Below, piece after piece: positions 8,846-18,809 of a stretch of 64,000 nucleotides of DNA; the first letter of the stretch is position 1, and each line of letters begins with the position of its first letter. The DNA is taken from assembly GCA_947624505.1 (NCBI GenBank), contig CANQKO010000002.1, positions 10,097-74,096 of the forward strand, in the 5' to 3' direction. Below the pieces are notes generated by a model. It worked only from the letters and a program-made list of their open reading frames with translations, had not been told where the DNA came from and made no database searches. Position numbers and translations under genes: made by a program. This DNA is from an uncultured Bacilli bacterium. Its GTDB lineage: Bacteria; Bacillota_I; Bacilli_A; RF39; UBA660.

Positions 8846-11539
8846 CTAACTAATATAACCATTATTTTTTAAATTACTTAATACTTCGCCACTTACTTGA
8901 TTTTTAAACTTCAAATATAAAATATTGATATAGTTATCTATTTTTGGATTTTTAATACCAATATTATGTAAATTATTGTTTAAAGTAATTAAATTATTAA
9001 TAATATTAAAATCTTTAATATCTCCAATATATTCATCATTATAATAACAATCGTGAATATCAACATTATTAATTAACCATTTACTATTAGTAAGTTCACT
9101 TAATAATTTATTAATAATTATTCTTATGTTATATGGCTCTTTATCTTTATAATTTTCAATTAAAATATTTAAAATAGCCACTTGATTAGCAAATGATGGA
9201 TCAATAGATTTATTAAATATTATTCCATCACTAGTAACAGTATAATTATTATTCTTATATTCATCTGATATAATATTACTAAATTTTTGATAATAAGAAC
9301 TATTATTAACAAGTTTTAAATTATTATAAATATTATAATTATAACTTAAATCTAAATAAATATTACTATGATTTAAATAATTATTATTTTTTATTTCATA
9401 ATCTTTATAATAAATATTATTATAAGAATTAGAATATCTATTTAAACTTATTAAATAATTTTGACTTAATAATTCATTAAAATCATTATTAGAATAACTT
9501 AAATTTAAATTAGCAAAATCTCTTATATAATAATTATTACTAATGCTATAAATACCATTATATGATAGCCAAGGTAATAATTCATTTCTATTTATTAATT
9601 CTTCATTAGTTTCAATTAAATAACTATCTACAGAAGAATTAGCTAAAACATTAATACTCTTTCTAACTAAACCATTACGAATACTAAAATCATATTGTTC
9701 GCGAAGCAAGTTTTTAACGGCATTAGTATTAAAAGAACTTATTCCATTTATTATATAATTATAATGATATGAATTACTCATAATTATCTTTTTGCCATCC
9801 GCAATTAATAATCCGTTCGCACTTTCAATATAATTTTTATAATCATCTTCTAATTCAATATTAACTAAAATATTTTTATCTTCTTCATTGCTTAAAGTTA
9901 AGAATTTGATAACATCACCACTAGGTAAAAGACGATTAACATAAATTATTTTAAAATGTTGATAATCTTTAGGAACATAATAAGTTAAAGTATCACTTAT
10001 ATCATTATAAGTTATTTCTTTTTTCTCTACTAAAATAACGTTATCTTTAAATTCAATATCATCTCCTAAAGACATATTTATAACTTTATTTTCCATCGGT
10101 AATATTAAATAAGAAACAGCAAATATTATGTATAAAATACTTATGGCTACAATAATAATACTTAATAATTTATGGTCATTTAATAAATTATATTTTTGAA
10201 CTAAATAAACAATTGTTAAAGATAACATTATTGAGACAGCTGGAGCCCCTAAAGTGTGGCCTGCAATAAGGGCTATCAAAAAGGCAATTAAAAAACTTAA
10301 ATAATTTGCGCATAATTCATTATCAAAAATATTTTCTTTAAAATTTTTCATAAACTTACAAAAAACGATAATGGCCAAAACTAATAAATATGTTCCTAAT
10401 ACTAAAAAGCCAATAAAGCCATAATTAACTAAAATATCGATAAAATCTAGTTCGACTAATTTTCCTGATACTTTGTTAGATTTACCATATAAAGATAGGC
10501 CAAAAGCTTGCTTAGAAATAGACGAATTTTTGTAAGCATTTAAATTTTCAACCATATAAATATTACGACTGCTAAAAATCATATTAAGTAATTTACTATC
10601 TATTTTAGCAAAGTCTTTAGTAACTGAAGTTGTAGGGAAATTAATTAATTCATCATATTTTTTTAATTCACTTATATCATATAAATTTTTGTTATATAAA
10701 GGGTTATTCTCTTTATTATTGCTATTATTTATATCATATAAATTATTTTGAAAATTTAAATTAGCAATTAAATAAGAATTATGATATAAAATAATTGCAA
10801 ATACTAAAATAGAGCTAATTATTACTATATTGAAGAAGTTTTTCTTATTTAAAATAAAACGAATTATAGTTACTAATAATGTATGTAAAATAGCAACGGC
10901 AAGACCCATAACGGGCGTTTTAGTCCCCATTAAAAAACAAGCAATAATAAATAAAACAGCAAAAATAATATTAATAACTCGTTTATCTTCTCTTAAAGTA
11001 TTATATATAACAAAAGGTGAAGCAATAGCTAAAATTGCGCCAACTTCATTCGGAGCATAAAATAATCCAGTAAATCCCCCTTTACCAAAACTATAGCTTT
11101 TATCACTTATACCTAAAATGGTTGGAACAATTAAAAAGATGGTATAAACAAAAATTAAATTAAGAATTATTTTATTAACATTATATTCTTTATCATTATA
11201 ATAATTTATTAAGCATATAGATACAATTGGTAAATACAAGAATTTAACAAGACTAGTTATTTCGGCCATTAAATTCACTGCACCATTAATTCGATAATAA
11301 TGAAAAACAAAAACAAATGAAAAACTGAATAAAAAAATTAATAAACTAAAAGAAATATTTTTTAATTTACTTTTATTTAGAAAAACAAATATGCATAAAA
11401 GAATGATTAAAAAAATTCCCCGATATATTAATGAAAGACTAACCCCAGTAATTGTATTTAATACATCTATTAAAGGCATTATTAAAATTAAAAGTTCAAT
11501 TAGATTAATTTTTTTTATTTTTTCTAACATAAGTAACAC
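8846..11539 (-). CDS. Wzy-like polymerase / O-antigen-ligase-like membrane protein with a ~440-aa Asn/Tyr-rich C-terminal extension
   Basis: The N-terminal ~450 aa contain 10-12 predicted TM helices with a Wzy_C-like loop. The remaining ~450 aa are a soluble, low-complexity N/Y/I-rich region. Confidence 0.6.
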   Translation of the reverse strand: MLLMLEKIKKINLIELLILIMPLIDVLNTITGVSLSLIYRGIFLIILLCIFVFLNKSKLKNISFSLLIFLFSFSFVFVFHYYRINGAVNLMAEITSLVKFLYLPIVSICLINYYNDKEYNVNKIILNLIFVYTIFLIVPTILGISDKSYSFGKGGFTGLFYAPNEVGAILAIASPFVIYNTLREDKRVINIIFAVLFIIACFLMGTKTPVMGLAVAILHTLLVTIIRFILNKKNFFNIVIISSILVFAIILYHNSYLIANLNFQNNLYDINNSNNKENNPLYNKNLYDISELKKYDELINFPTTSVTKDFAKIDSKLLNMIFSSRNIYMVENLNAYKNSSISKQAFGLSLYGKSNKVSGKLVELDFIDILVNYGFIGFLVLGTYLLVLAIIVFCKFMKNFKENIFDNELCANYLSFLIAFLIALIAGHTLGAPAVSIMLSLTIVYLVQKYNLLNDHKLLSIIIVAISILYIIFAVSYLILPMENKVINMSLGDDIEFKDNVILVEKKEITYNDISDTLTYYVPKDYQHFKIIYVNRLLPSGDVIKFLTLSNEEDKNILVNIELEDDYKNYIESANGLLIADGKKIIMSNSYHYNYIINGISSFNTNAVKNLLREQYDFSIRNGLVRKSINVLANSSVDSYLIETNEELINRNELLPWLSYNGIYSISNNYYIRDFANLNLSYSNNDFNELLSQNYLISLNRYSNSYNNIYYKDYEIKNNNYLNHSNIYLDLSYNYNIYNNLKLVNNSSYYQKFSNIISDEYKNNNYTVTSDGIIFNKSIDPSFANQVAILNILIENYKDKEPYNIRIIINKLLSELTNSKWLINNVDIHDCYYNDEYIGDIKDFNIINNLITLNNNLHNIGIKNPKIDNYINILYLKFKNQVSGEVLSNLKNNGYIS

Positions 11540-11584
11540 CTACATATTTAGTATACCAAAAACAAGCAATTTGTAAAAGGGTTT

Positions 11585-12301
11585 TTATAAATTCTTATTT
11601 TTTTTAACTTTAAATATAAATTTAACATTATTATTATAAAATCTTTTTATTCTTTTTGGTTCTTTAATAATACGATATAACCATTCTATATTTAGTTTTT
11701 GCACTATTTTAGGAGCTCTTTTTTTGGTGCCACTTAAAACATCAAATGATCCCCCTACTCCAACAAATATTCCTTTTTTAAATTGATCCAAATGCTTATA
11801 AATTAATTCTTCTTGAGCAGGAATGCCTAAAGCCACTAAACAAACATCAATATCTTCTTTACTTATTTTATTAAAAAATGCATCTTTATTATCAGTATAA
11901 CCATTCAAACAAGTTCCTAAATTAATATTTGGATATTTGCAGTTTATTACTTTTATTAAAGATTGTAATACTTCTTCTTTAGCACCAAGTAAACATAGTT
12001 TATATTTATTTTCATTACAAATTTCTAATAACTTTGTTGCTAAGTCAATTCCTGTTATTCTTTCTTTAACATCAAAGCCAAGCATTCTTGCAGCTTTAAC
12101 AATACCTATTCCATCTGGAAGTAAAGTAGTTTTTTCATCTAATAAAAGTTGATTAAAATTTGCTAATTTTTCTCCATAAGTAAATGTTTCTGGATTAGAA
12201 GTTACAATAAACATTTTTTGCTTATTCTTTAAATTTACTTCTACTTCTTTATAAAAATCAGTGGCTTTACTTGTATATAACTTTTTAAAATATTCTCTCA
12301 T
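11585..12301 (-). CDS. tagA: WecG/TagA-family N-acetylmannosaminyltransferase
   Basis: 238 aa with the family-typical C-terminal WLYRI..EP.R..RFY segment (WecB/TagA/CpsF family). Confidence 0.8.
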   Translation of the reverse strand: MREYFKKLYTSKATDFYKEVEVNLKNKQKMFIVTSNPETFTYGEKLANFNQLLLDEKTTLLPDGIGIVKAARMLGFDVKERITGIDLATKLLEICNENKYKLCLLGAKEEVLQSLIKVINCKYPNINLGTCLNGYTDNKDAFFNKISKEDIDVCLVALGIPAQEELIYKHLDQFKKGIFVGVGGSFDVLSGTKKRAPKIVQKLNIEWLYRIIKEPKRIKRFYNNNVKFIFKVKKNKNL

Positions 12302-12310
12302 TTTTCCCTC

Positions 12311-13195
12311 TCATTTTATTACATCGATAATTGACTCTTGATATTTTTGGTCATTCAATTCTAAAATTTCTTTTTTATTGTCTAATTCATTAACAATTTT
12401 ATTTTCAATATCAACTCTTTCTTTAGCTTTTATTTTATACCATTCATATTCTAAATCTAAATGTCCTAGATCAATTGCATAAATATTACTATCTAAAAGT
12501 TCACTAGCCATAACCGTTGCGCTAGGACCAAGAGCAATTAAAACTAATTTACCTTGAGCTTCTTTTTTGATACTAGCAATTATTTTATCATATACTGAAA
12601 AAGCATTTTTACTGGGACATAAGATTCTTTTTAAACTTTTAGCGTTAGCAAATAAATCATTACCAACACCTAATCGGCTATACTCTCCTTCAACAATTAT
12701 AATATCTTTATCTTGCCAAATATTTTTAACTTTTTTAAATAATTCATCACTTATACTATTATTAAATTTATATCTTATATAAGGTCTAGATACACTAGCG
12801 TCATAATATTGTTTAGACAAATCTAAATATTTAACATATTTATGATGATTTTTAACAAGATAATTTAACCAAAATAATTTAGACGAATTTTTTAAGGGCT
12901 TTAAATTTTTTGATTCATAAATACAAGGAATACAAACAATTAAATTATCTTTATTATTTTTTAAAATGTTTTGTAGTTTACTTGCTAATACTTTATCATA
13001 TTCTTGAAATTTAATTGATTTACCATTAATAATGTCAAACTCACCATCACCAAATCTTGAAACATTGTAGCCGCTTTTTAAAATATAATCAATTGTTTCA
13101 AGAGAATCAGCAACCTTTGGCTTACCATATTTTTTTAAAACAAATATTTTTTTAATAGATAAATAAACTCTTTTAAAATATAAATAAATTTTCAT
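12311..13195 (-). CDS. DUF1792 / GT-D-fold glycosyltransferase-like protein
   Basis: N-terminal VSRFGDGEFDII motif characteristic of DUF1792 proteins found in polysaccharide and glycoprotein loci. Confidence 0.45.
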   Translation of the reverse strand: MKIYLYFKRVYLSIKKIFVLKKYGKPKVADSLETIDYILKSGYNVSRFGDGEFDIINGKSIKFQEYDKVLASKLQNILKNNKDNLIVCIPCIYESKNLKPLKNSSKLFWLNYLVKNHHKYVKYLDLSKQYYDASVSRPYIRYKFNNSISDELFKKVKNIWQDKDIIIVEGEYSRLGVGNDLFANAKSLKRILCPSKNAFSVYDKIIASIKKEAQGKLVLIALGPSATVMASELLDSNIYAIDLGHLDLEYEWYKIKAKERVDIENKIVNELDNKKEILELNDQKYQESIIDVIK

Positions 13196-13197
13196 AT

Positions 13198-14736
13198 TTA
13201 TTTTTCCTTTCTAACTTTCTTTAATATAAATTTAAATTTACTTATAAGAAATTTAAATTCATTATCTTTAAAACTTAAGCAAATTAATAAAATAGTTGTC
13301 AAAGTAAATATTAAAATGCCATAAATTAAAAATTCAAAATAATTACTTATAACTATATTTTTAAAGATTACATAGATTACTAGACCAACTAAAAGATTTT
13401 TCAATAAATATTTTAAATTATTCCATAAATACTTAGAAAAAGATTTATTTAAATATTTAGAAACAATAAGATATGGTTCATAAAAATAAGTTGTTAACAA
13501 TCTAGAAATAATTGTAGCTCCTAAAATACCTATTACTCCAAATTTTATTCCTAAAACAATTGATAATATAATATTAATTAAGGCAAGAGTTAATGCCGCA
13601 TTTTTGCTTTTTTTAAATATACCTGCTGTTTCTCTAAAAATCCAAGACGGGGTAAATGTTCCTTCAACATAAAAATGAACAATAATTACTATAACAATAG
13701 AAATACTAAATAAATAATTAGGACCAGCAAAGATATTTATAAAGGGATTTAGTAGTAATAATAAACAAATACTGCAGACACCATAAATAAATGTTGCCAT
13801 AAAATTTAAAGCTTTAAAAATAGTATACTTTTTTTCATTATCATCAGAAGCATTCAAGTTTCCAATACTTCCAGTCATAGCTTGAAAAAATGAAGAGATA
13901 ATATTCTTTAAAGAATTAGTTATAAGCAAATAATTAGAATAAATACCAACAATGATTGTTCCATTATTAAGTAACATAGACATTAAAAGATTATCAGTTC
14001 CGTATAATACTACACTTGATATTTTATAAAAAAATATATCTTTAAAATCAGAAAAAATATTTTTCTTTTCTTTTTTTGGCAGTTCTTCTACTTCTATTTT
14101 TAAATCATATTTTTTATCAACAATTATACTTAAAACAATATTCTTCATTAAAGTAGTAATAATTAATATTACTAAATATAAATAGAAATTTTTAAAGAAA
14201 ATTAGAGCTAAGATTTGCGATATTTCTTTTACTAAAATTGTAATAATAGAAACTTTACTAACTATATTGTCTTTTTGATCAGCAGTTAATAAAAACATTT
14301 TGTAATTAAATATATATGATACAACAGTATTTATTAAAAATAATAAATAAATAATTACTACCGATAAAGAAAATTTAACACCATTTAAAATATAAGGCAA
14401 AAGAGGGATAATTAAAATACCAATAATTAAAATGAGCAACGCTATGAAAGTATACATCTTTTTAAATAAATTTAAAACCTGAACTACTTTTTTTTGATCA
14501 TTATCTTTTAAAGGTTTATATAAATTATATAATAATACATTCCCTACTCCTAGTTCTGCTAAAGATAGAAAATATATTACATTTGAGAAAACTCCATTAA
14601 GACCTAGATATGTTGCTGATAAATTTTTTATAAAAAAACTTCTATTAACAAAACTTAATAATAAAGTTATAACTTGACAACTAATAGCAAAAATAATATT
14701 TTTGGTTGAATTAATTGTTCTATTACTTTCAGTCAT
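13198..14736 (-). CDS. Wzx-type polysaccharide flippase (MOP superfamily)
   Basis: 512 aa with about 12-14 TM helices spread along the whole length. Confidence 0.8.
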   Translation of the reverse strand: MTESNRTINSTKNIIFAISCQVITLLLSFVNRSFFIKNLSATYLGLNGVFSNVIYFLSLAELGVGNVLLYNLYKPLKDNDQKKVVQVLNLFKKMYTFIALLILIIGILIIPLLPYILNGVKFSLSVVIIYLLFLINTVVSYIFNYKMFLLTADQKDNIVSKVSIITILVKEISQILALIFFKNFYLYLVILIITTLMKNIVLSIIVDKKYDLKIEVEELPKKEKKNIFSDFKDIFFYKISSVVLYGTDNLLMSMLLNNGTIIVGIYSNYLLITNSLKNIISSFFQAMTGSIGNLNASDDNEKKYTIFKALNFMATFIYGVCSICLLLLLNPFINIFAGPNYLFSISIVIVIIVHFYVEGTFTPSWIFRETAGIFKKSKNAALTLALINIILSIVLGIKFGVIGILGATIISRLLTTYFYEPYLIVSKYLNKSFSKYLWNNLKYLLKNLLVGLVIYVIFKNIVISNYFEFLIYGILIFTLTTILLICLSFKDNEFKFLISKFKFILKKVRKEK

Positions 14737-14740
14737 ATAA

Positions 14741-15769
14741 TCATTCTCCCTTTAATTTAATATCAATTAATTTTTCTAGTTCATTATATTTTACTGTATA
14801 ATCTCCATTATTAAAATTGAAACTTCTTTTATTAAAATCCCTTAAATCTTTTTTTAAATTTTTATCATTTGTTAACTTAATATAATCTATATCTTTTAAC
14901 CATTCATAAACACCTCTAATTTTGTAACTTTTATTTTCTAAAACTAAGCAAGGTGTTTTAGTAAGATAAGCAAAAATCATACCGTGTAAACGATCAGTTA
15001 CTACTAATTTATATTGACTAAACTCTTGTAATTTTTTTAATAATATTTTATTTCTATTAAAAGAATATATACTTTTATTAATTACCGTATCTGTTATAAA
15101 AATAGAATAGTCTTTTTTTAATTCATTGATTGTTTCATCTAAATGATAATTAATTTTTTCTTTATCTTTTCTTAGACAAAATAATATATCATTTCTAACA
15201 CTGTTTAAATTTTGAGGTTTAAGATATAAAACCATATCAGGAATAAGCATAATATTTACCTTATTAAAATTATCTTTCATAAAATCATATGAATACTTTT
15301 CCCGGCAACATATCGTTAAATGTTGATGATTAGAATATATTTTTATAGATTCTTGTAAAGTTCTTAACCCTTCTTCATCATTAGAAAAGAAAATAGTTTG
15401 GGGAAAAACAATAACATTATTTTGAGGGAAGTTTATTAGAACTTTTCTAAACATATCCTCTTCATTTAGCCATAAATTGCCTAAAAAACCTCCACCACTA
15501 ATTAAAATAAAATTCTTTTTTATAATTTTTTTTAATAATTTGATATGTTTATTTAACATATTTGATTCAATTTCAATAATTTTATATTTAGAAAATTTAT
15601 CTTTTAAAAATCTTTTTTCCGCAATTAAAATAGCTTGATCGCCAATATTTCCGTGAATTGGGGTACCAATAATATATAATCTATTTTTATATAATAAGCT
15701 TGTAATTATAATCTTAATTAAAATCATTATCTTTAATATTTTATTTCCAATTTTTTTTAATAACTTCAT
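14741..15769 (-). CDS. polysaccharide pyruvyl transferase (CsaB/WcaK-like)
   Basis: 342 aa; the N-terminal GTPIHGNIGDQAIL block matches the G.N.GD signature of the PS_pyruv_trans family. Confidence 0.55.
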   Translation of the reverse strand: MKLLKKIGNKILKIMILIKIIITSLLYKNRLYIIGTPIHGNIGDQAILIAEKRFLKDKFSKYKIIEIESNMLNKHIKLLKKIIKKNFILISGGGFLGNLWLNEEDMFRKVLINFPQNNVIVFPQTIFFSNDEEGLRTLQESIKIYSNHQHLTICCREKYSYDFMKDNFNKVNIMLIPDMVLYLKPQNLNSVRNDILFCLRKDKEKINYHLDETINELKKDYSIFITDTVINKSIYSFNRNKILLKKLQEFSQYKLVVTDRLHGMIFAYLTKTPCLVLENKSYKIRGVYEWLKDIDYIKLTNDKNLKKDLRDFNKRSFNFNNGDYTVKYNELEKLIDIKLKGE

Positions 15770-15864
15770 ATGTAAAACTTAATGAATTTTTTATTCATTA
15801 TCCTCTTTCCTTTATTATAATAACATAAAATAGCTGAAAAAATCTACTTAAGAAAGTAGATTAC

Positions 15865-16203
15865 TTATTTTTTATTATCTTTTTTTAATATTGATAATTC
15901 TTGAACTAATTTTTTATTAATTTCTTGTAATTTAGAAATAGTTATATATAATCTAAAGACTATATAAAATAAGAGAAAGATTGCTATTAAAAATAGCATA
16001 TTGGGTGCTTCTTTGAATCCACATAAATTGGCAACATACTCGACTATTCCAGGGAATATTACTAATATTAACATAAAAATAAAGATAGTTGTCCAATAAA
16101 GCCCATACTTCATCGATAAATTTTTCTTTTTTATTACTCTAATAATTGAATATACTCCCGCACACATTAATAATATAATAAATATTCTTAAATTAAGATT
16201 CAT
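15865..16203 (-). CDS. DUF2304-like small membrane protein, partner of the GT2 polyprenyl-phosphate glycosyltransferase
   Basis: 112 aa with 3 TM helices; its start abuts the stop of the Dpm1-like GT2 gene, a common pairing. Confidence 0.5.
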   Translation of the reverse strand: MNLNLRIFIILLMCAGVYSIIRVIKKKNLSMKYGLYWTTIFIFMLILVIFPGIVEYVANLCGFKEAPNMLFLIAIFLLFYIVFRLYITISKLQEINKKLVQELSILKKDNKK

Positions 16204-16919
16204 TACTTATTACCCCTTTCAATAATACTTCTAACTATCATAGCATATGTAACTTTTGCCATATAGTAGATACTTTTAATAGGTGTAATAGATGATTTAC
16301 CATATTTTCTTTCGCGCATTTTTACTGGTATTTCTTTTACTTCATAACCATTTTTAATCACTTTAACAAGAGTCTCTGGTTCTGGATAATCATTGGGATA
16401 ATCACTAGCAAACAATTTAATAATATCTTGATCAACTGCCCTAAAACCTGATGTTACATCGTATATTTTTTCTTTAGTTGTCAGTTTTAAAACCATTGAT
16501 AATATTTTAATACCTAACTGTCTTATTTTTGTTGATTTAAATTCACTTAGATTATCAATATATCTTGAACCAATAGTCATTTTCACATCGCCATTTATAA
16601 TTGGCATTACTAAGTCATTTATATATGAAGCATCGTGTTGGCTATCGCCATCAAACTGAATAGCTATATCATAATCATTTTTATCGGCATAGATATAACC
16701 AGTTTGAACTGCTCCCCCAATTCCTAAATTATTAACTAAATTAATAACATTAAAATTATTTTCAACACAGATTTCTTTAGTTTTATCCGTTGAACCATCA
16801 TTAATAATTAGATAATCTAATTGATAAGTCTTATTTTGACAATTTTTTTCAATATCATTTATGGTATTAACAATATTTTCACTTTCATTATAAGCCGGAA
16901 TTATAACTAATACTTTCAT
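16203..16919 (-). CDS. GT2 polyprenyl-phosphate glycosyltransferase (Dpm1/GtrB-like)
   Basis: MKVLVIIPAYNESENI...INDGSTD GT-A motifs; 238 aa. Confidence 0.85.
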   Translation of the reverse strand: MKVLVIIPAYNESENIVNTINDIEKNCQNKTYQLDYLIINDGSTDKTKEICVENNFNVINLVNNLGIGGAVQTGYIYADKNDYDIAIQFDGDSQHDASYINDLVMPIINGDVKMTIGSRYIDNLSEFKSTKIRQLGIKILSMVLKLTTKEKIYDVTSGFRAVDQDIIKLFASDYPNDYPEPETLVKVIKNGYEVKEIPVKMRERKYGKSSITPIKSIYYMAKVTYAMIVRSIIERGNK

Positions 16920-17983
16920 TTGCCTTTCTCCTTTTTCTTTTTATGTTCATATAATATATCCGTTTTTAAAATAACAAATATTAATAAAAGTAATACCAAT
17001 AAATATAAAATTATAGCTTCTCTATTATCACCAATAACATAAATAATAGAAATGCTTGAGAAGATGATATTGATTAAATAAATGATAATAATACTTACTT
17101 TAGGAGAAAATTTTAATTTTAATAATTGATGATGAAAGTGTTCTTTATCTGGTGTACCAATACTTTCACCCTTTAATAGTCTTCTAAAGATAGCAAGAAT
17201 TGTATCAAATATCGGAATAGCTAAAATAGTTATTGGAATAACTAAAGATGTAAGCGTTGCTACTTTAAAACCTAAAAGAGCGATAACACTAATCATAAAG
17301 CCTAAAAATAAACTACCCGAATCACCCATAAATATTTTAGCTGGGGGAAAATTATTAACAAGAAACCCTAAAGTTGAACCAAGCATAATAAGAGATAAAA
17401 TAACATCTAATCCACCCATCTTATTTAAAACAAAAGCAATAATACCAATAGTTAAAAAATATATTGAACTAATTCCTCCCGCTAAACCATCTAAACCATC
17501 AATTAAATTAATGGCATTAGAAATAGCTACAATAAAAAATGTTGATAAAACATAACTTATTAACAAATTAAATTTTAAATGTAAACCTAAAAAAGTAATT
17601 TCACTAAAATAAACTTGACCATAAATTACCACAATTAAAGCTGAGATAATTTGCACTAAAAATTTATAACGAGCTTTGATGGGTTTAATATCATCAAAGA
17701 CCCCTACTAAAAAAATAATAAAAGAGCCAATTAATATCGAAATCATTTGAGTTGTAATTGAACCATATAAAATATAACCAATTAAAAAGGCACCATATAT
17801 AGCTAATCCACCTAATCTTGGCATTGGTTTTTTATGGATCTTCCTAGCATTAGGAATATCAATTGCCCCAATATGACTAGCTACCTTTTTAGCAATGGGT
17901 ATTAATGCTAAACTTACTACAAAGGTAACTAATATTATTTCCAATATGCTATGTCCATTTATAACTAAATTCATAACTACCAC
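16916..17983 (-). CDS. tagO: undecaprenyl-phosphate GlcNAc-1-phosphate transferase (MraY/WecA/TagO family)
   Basis: Polytopic membrane protein with DDIKPIKARYKF and NAINLIDGLDGLAGG motifs of polyprenyl-phosphate N-acetylhexosamine-1-P transferases; TATAAT and AGGTGG lie upstream. Confidence 0.9.
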   Translation of the reverse strand: MVVMNLVINGHSILEIILVTFVVSLALIPIAKKVASHIGAIDIPNARKIHKKPMPRLGGLAIYGAFLIGYILYGSITTQMISILIGSFIIFLVGVFDDIKPIKARYKFLVQIISALIVVIYGQVYFSEITFLGLHLKFNLLISYVLSTFFIVAISNAINLIDGLDGLAGGISSIYFLTIGIIAFVLNKMGGLDVILSLIMLGSTLGFLVNNFPPAKIFMGDSGSLFLGFMISVIALLGFKVATLTSLVIPITILAIPIFDTILAIFRRLLKGESIGTPDKEHFHHQLLKLKFSPKVSIIIIYLINIIFSSISIIYVIGDNREAIILYLLVLLLLIFVILKTDILYEHKKKKEKGK

Positions 17984-18241
17984 CTTAATTACTTCTTTTT
18001 TATTATATCGTATATCTTAAATTTTATAAAGAGTTTTATTTTTTACTTACCAAATCTCTAGAGAATTGGCATAAAACCTTAAAATTTCTTAAAAAATCAA
18101 TTAAAAAACTATTTACAAAAACAAAATAAATTGTTTAAATAAAGCTTGGGAAGATGTATTTAAGCGTTACCGAAAACTTTTTTATTTAAAGTCTTTTTGA
18201 CTTCGGTCAGGGGGTTTTGGATAGGAAGGTGGTGGGTGCCA

Positions 18242-18328
18242 ATGAATAAGAAATGTCGCGAAGATATATTTTTACTCATTGTTTTAATTTTAGTGTTGGC
18301 TCTGCTTATCCTAATAATTAAAAACTAA
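18242..18328 (+). CDS. 28-aa hydrophobic peptide (MNKKCREDIFLLIVLILVLALLILIIKN), type I toxin-like, copy 1
   Basis: A GGAAGGTGGTGGGTG SD sits 4-5 nt upstream of the ATG. A candidate -35 TTTACA (18112-18117) and -10 TTAAAT (18135-18140) lie upstream. The peptide has one TM helix with a charged N-terminus. Confidence 0.35.
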   Translation: MNKKCREDIFLLIVLILVLALLILIIKN

Positions 18329-18411
18329 CCCATTGGGTTAGTGACCTCTTAGGTAACGCTTATATGCGTCTTCCTATTTATAATTTTAGCATATTAATAT
18401 TTTTTATACAA
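18312..18411 (-). ncRNA. candidate cis-antisense small RNA overlapping the 3' end of the small ORF; a second copy lies at about 18708..18807
   Basis: The minus strand carries TTGTAT-17 nt-TAAAAT (plus-strand 18406-18411 and 18383-18388). It is followed by a CTAACCCAATGGGTTAG hairpin plus UUUUUAAUUAUU terminator (plus-strand 18312-18341). Confidence 0.3.
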
Positions 18412-18637
18412 TATTTTTAGGTTATCAATTTTTTAAATGTTCTTACCAAATCTCTAGAAAATTGGCATAAACTCTGGAAATTTCTTAAAAAATCAATTAA
18501 AAAACTATTTACAAAAACAAAATAAATTGTTTAAATAAAGCTTGGGAAGATGTATTTAAGCGTTACCGAAAACTTTTTTATTTAAAGTCTTTTTGACTTC
18601 GGTCAGGGGGTTTTGGATAGGAAGGTGGTGGGTGCCA

Positions 18638-18724
18638 ATGAATAAGAAATGTCGCGAAGATATATTTTTACTCATTGTTTTAATTTTAGTGTTGGCTCTG
18701 CTTATCCTAATAATTAAAAACTAA
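18638..18724 (+). CDS. 28-aa hydrophobic peptide, copy 2 (identical)
   Basis: Same ORF located 396 bp downstream. Confidence 0.35.
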   Translation: MNKKCREDIFLLIVLILVLALLILIIKN

Positions 18725-18809
18725 CCCATTGGGTTAGCAAACTCTTAGGTAACGCTTATATGCGTCTTCCTATTTATAATTTTAGCATATTAATATTTTT
18801 TATACAATA

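Noticed and set aside
10830-12782. Small plus-strand ORFs (10830..11060, 11391..11576, 11937..12152, 12567..12782) inside the Wzy-like, TagA and GT-D genes
   Set aside because: They are antisense to genes with strong family motifs and have no RBS; typical shadow ORFs.
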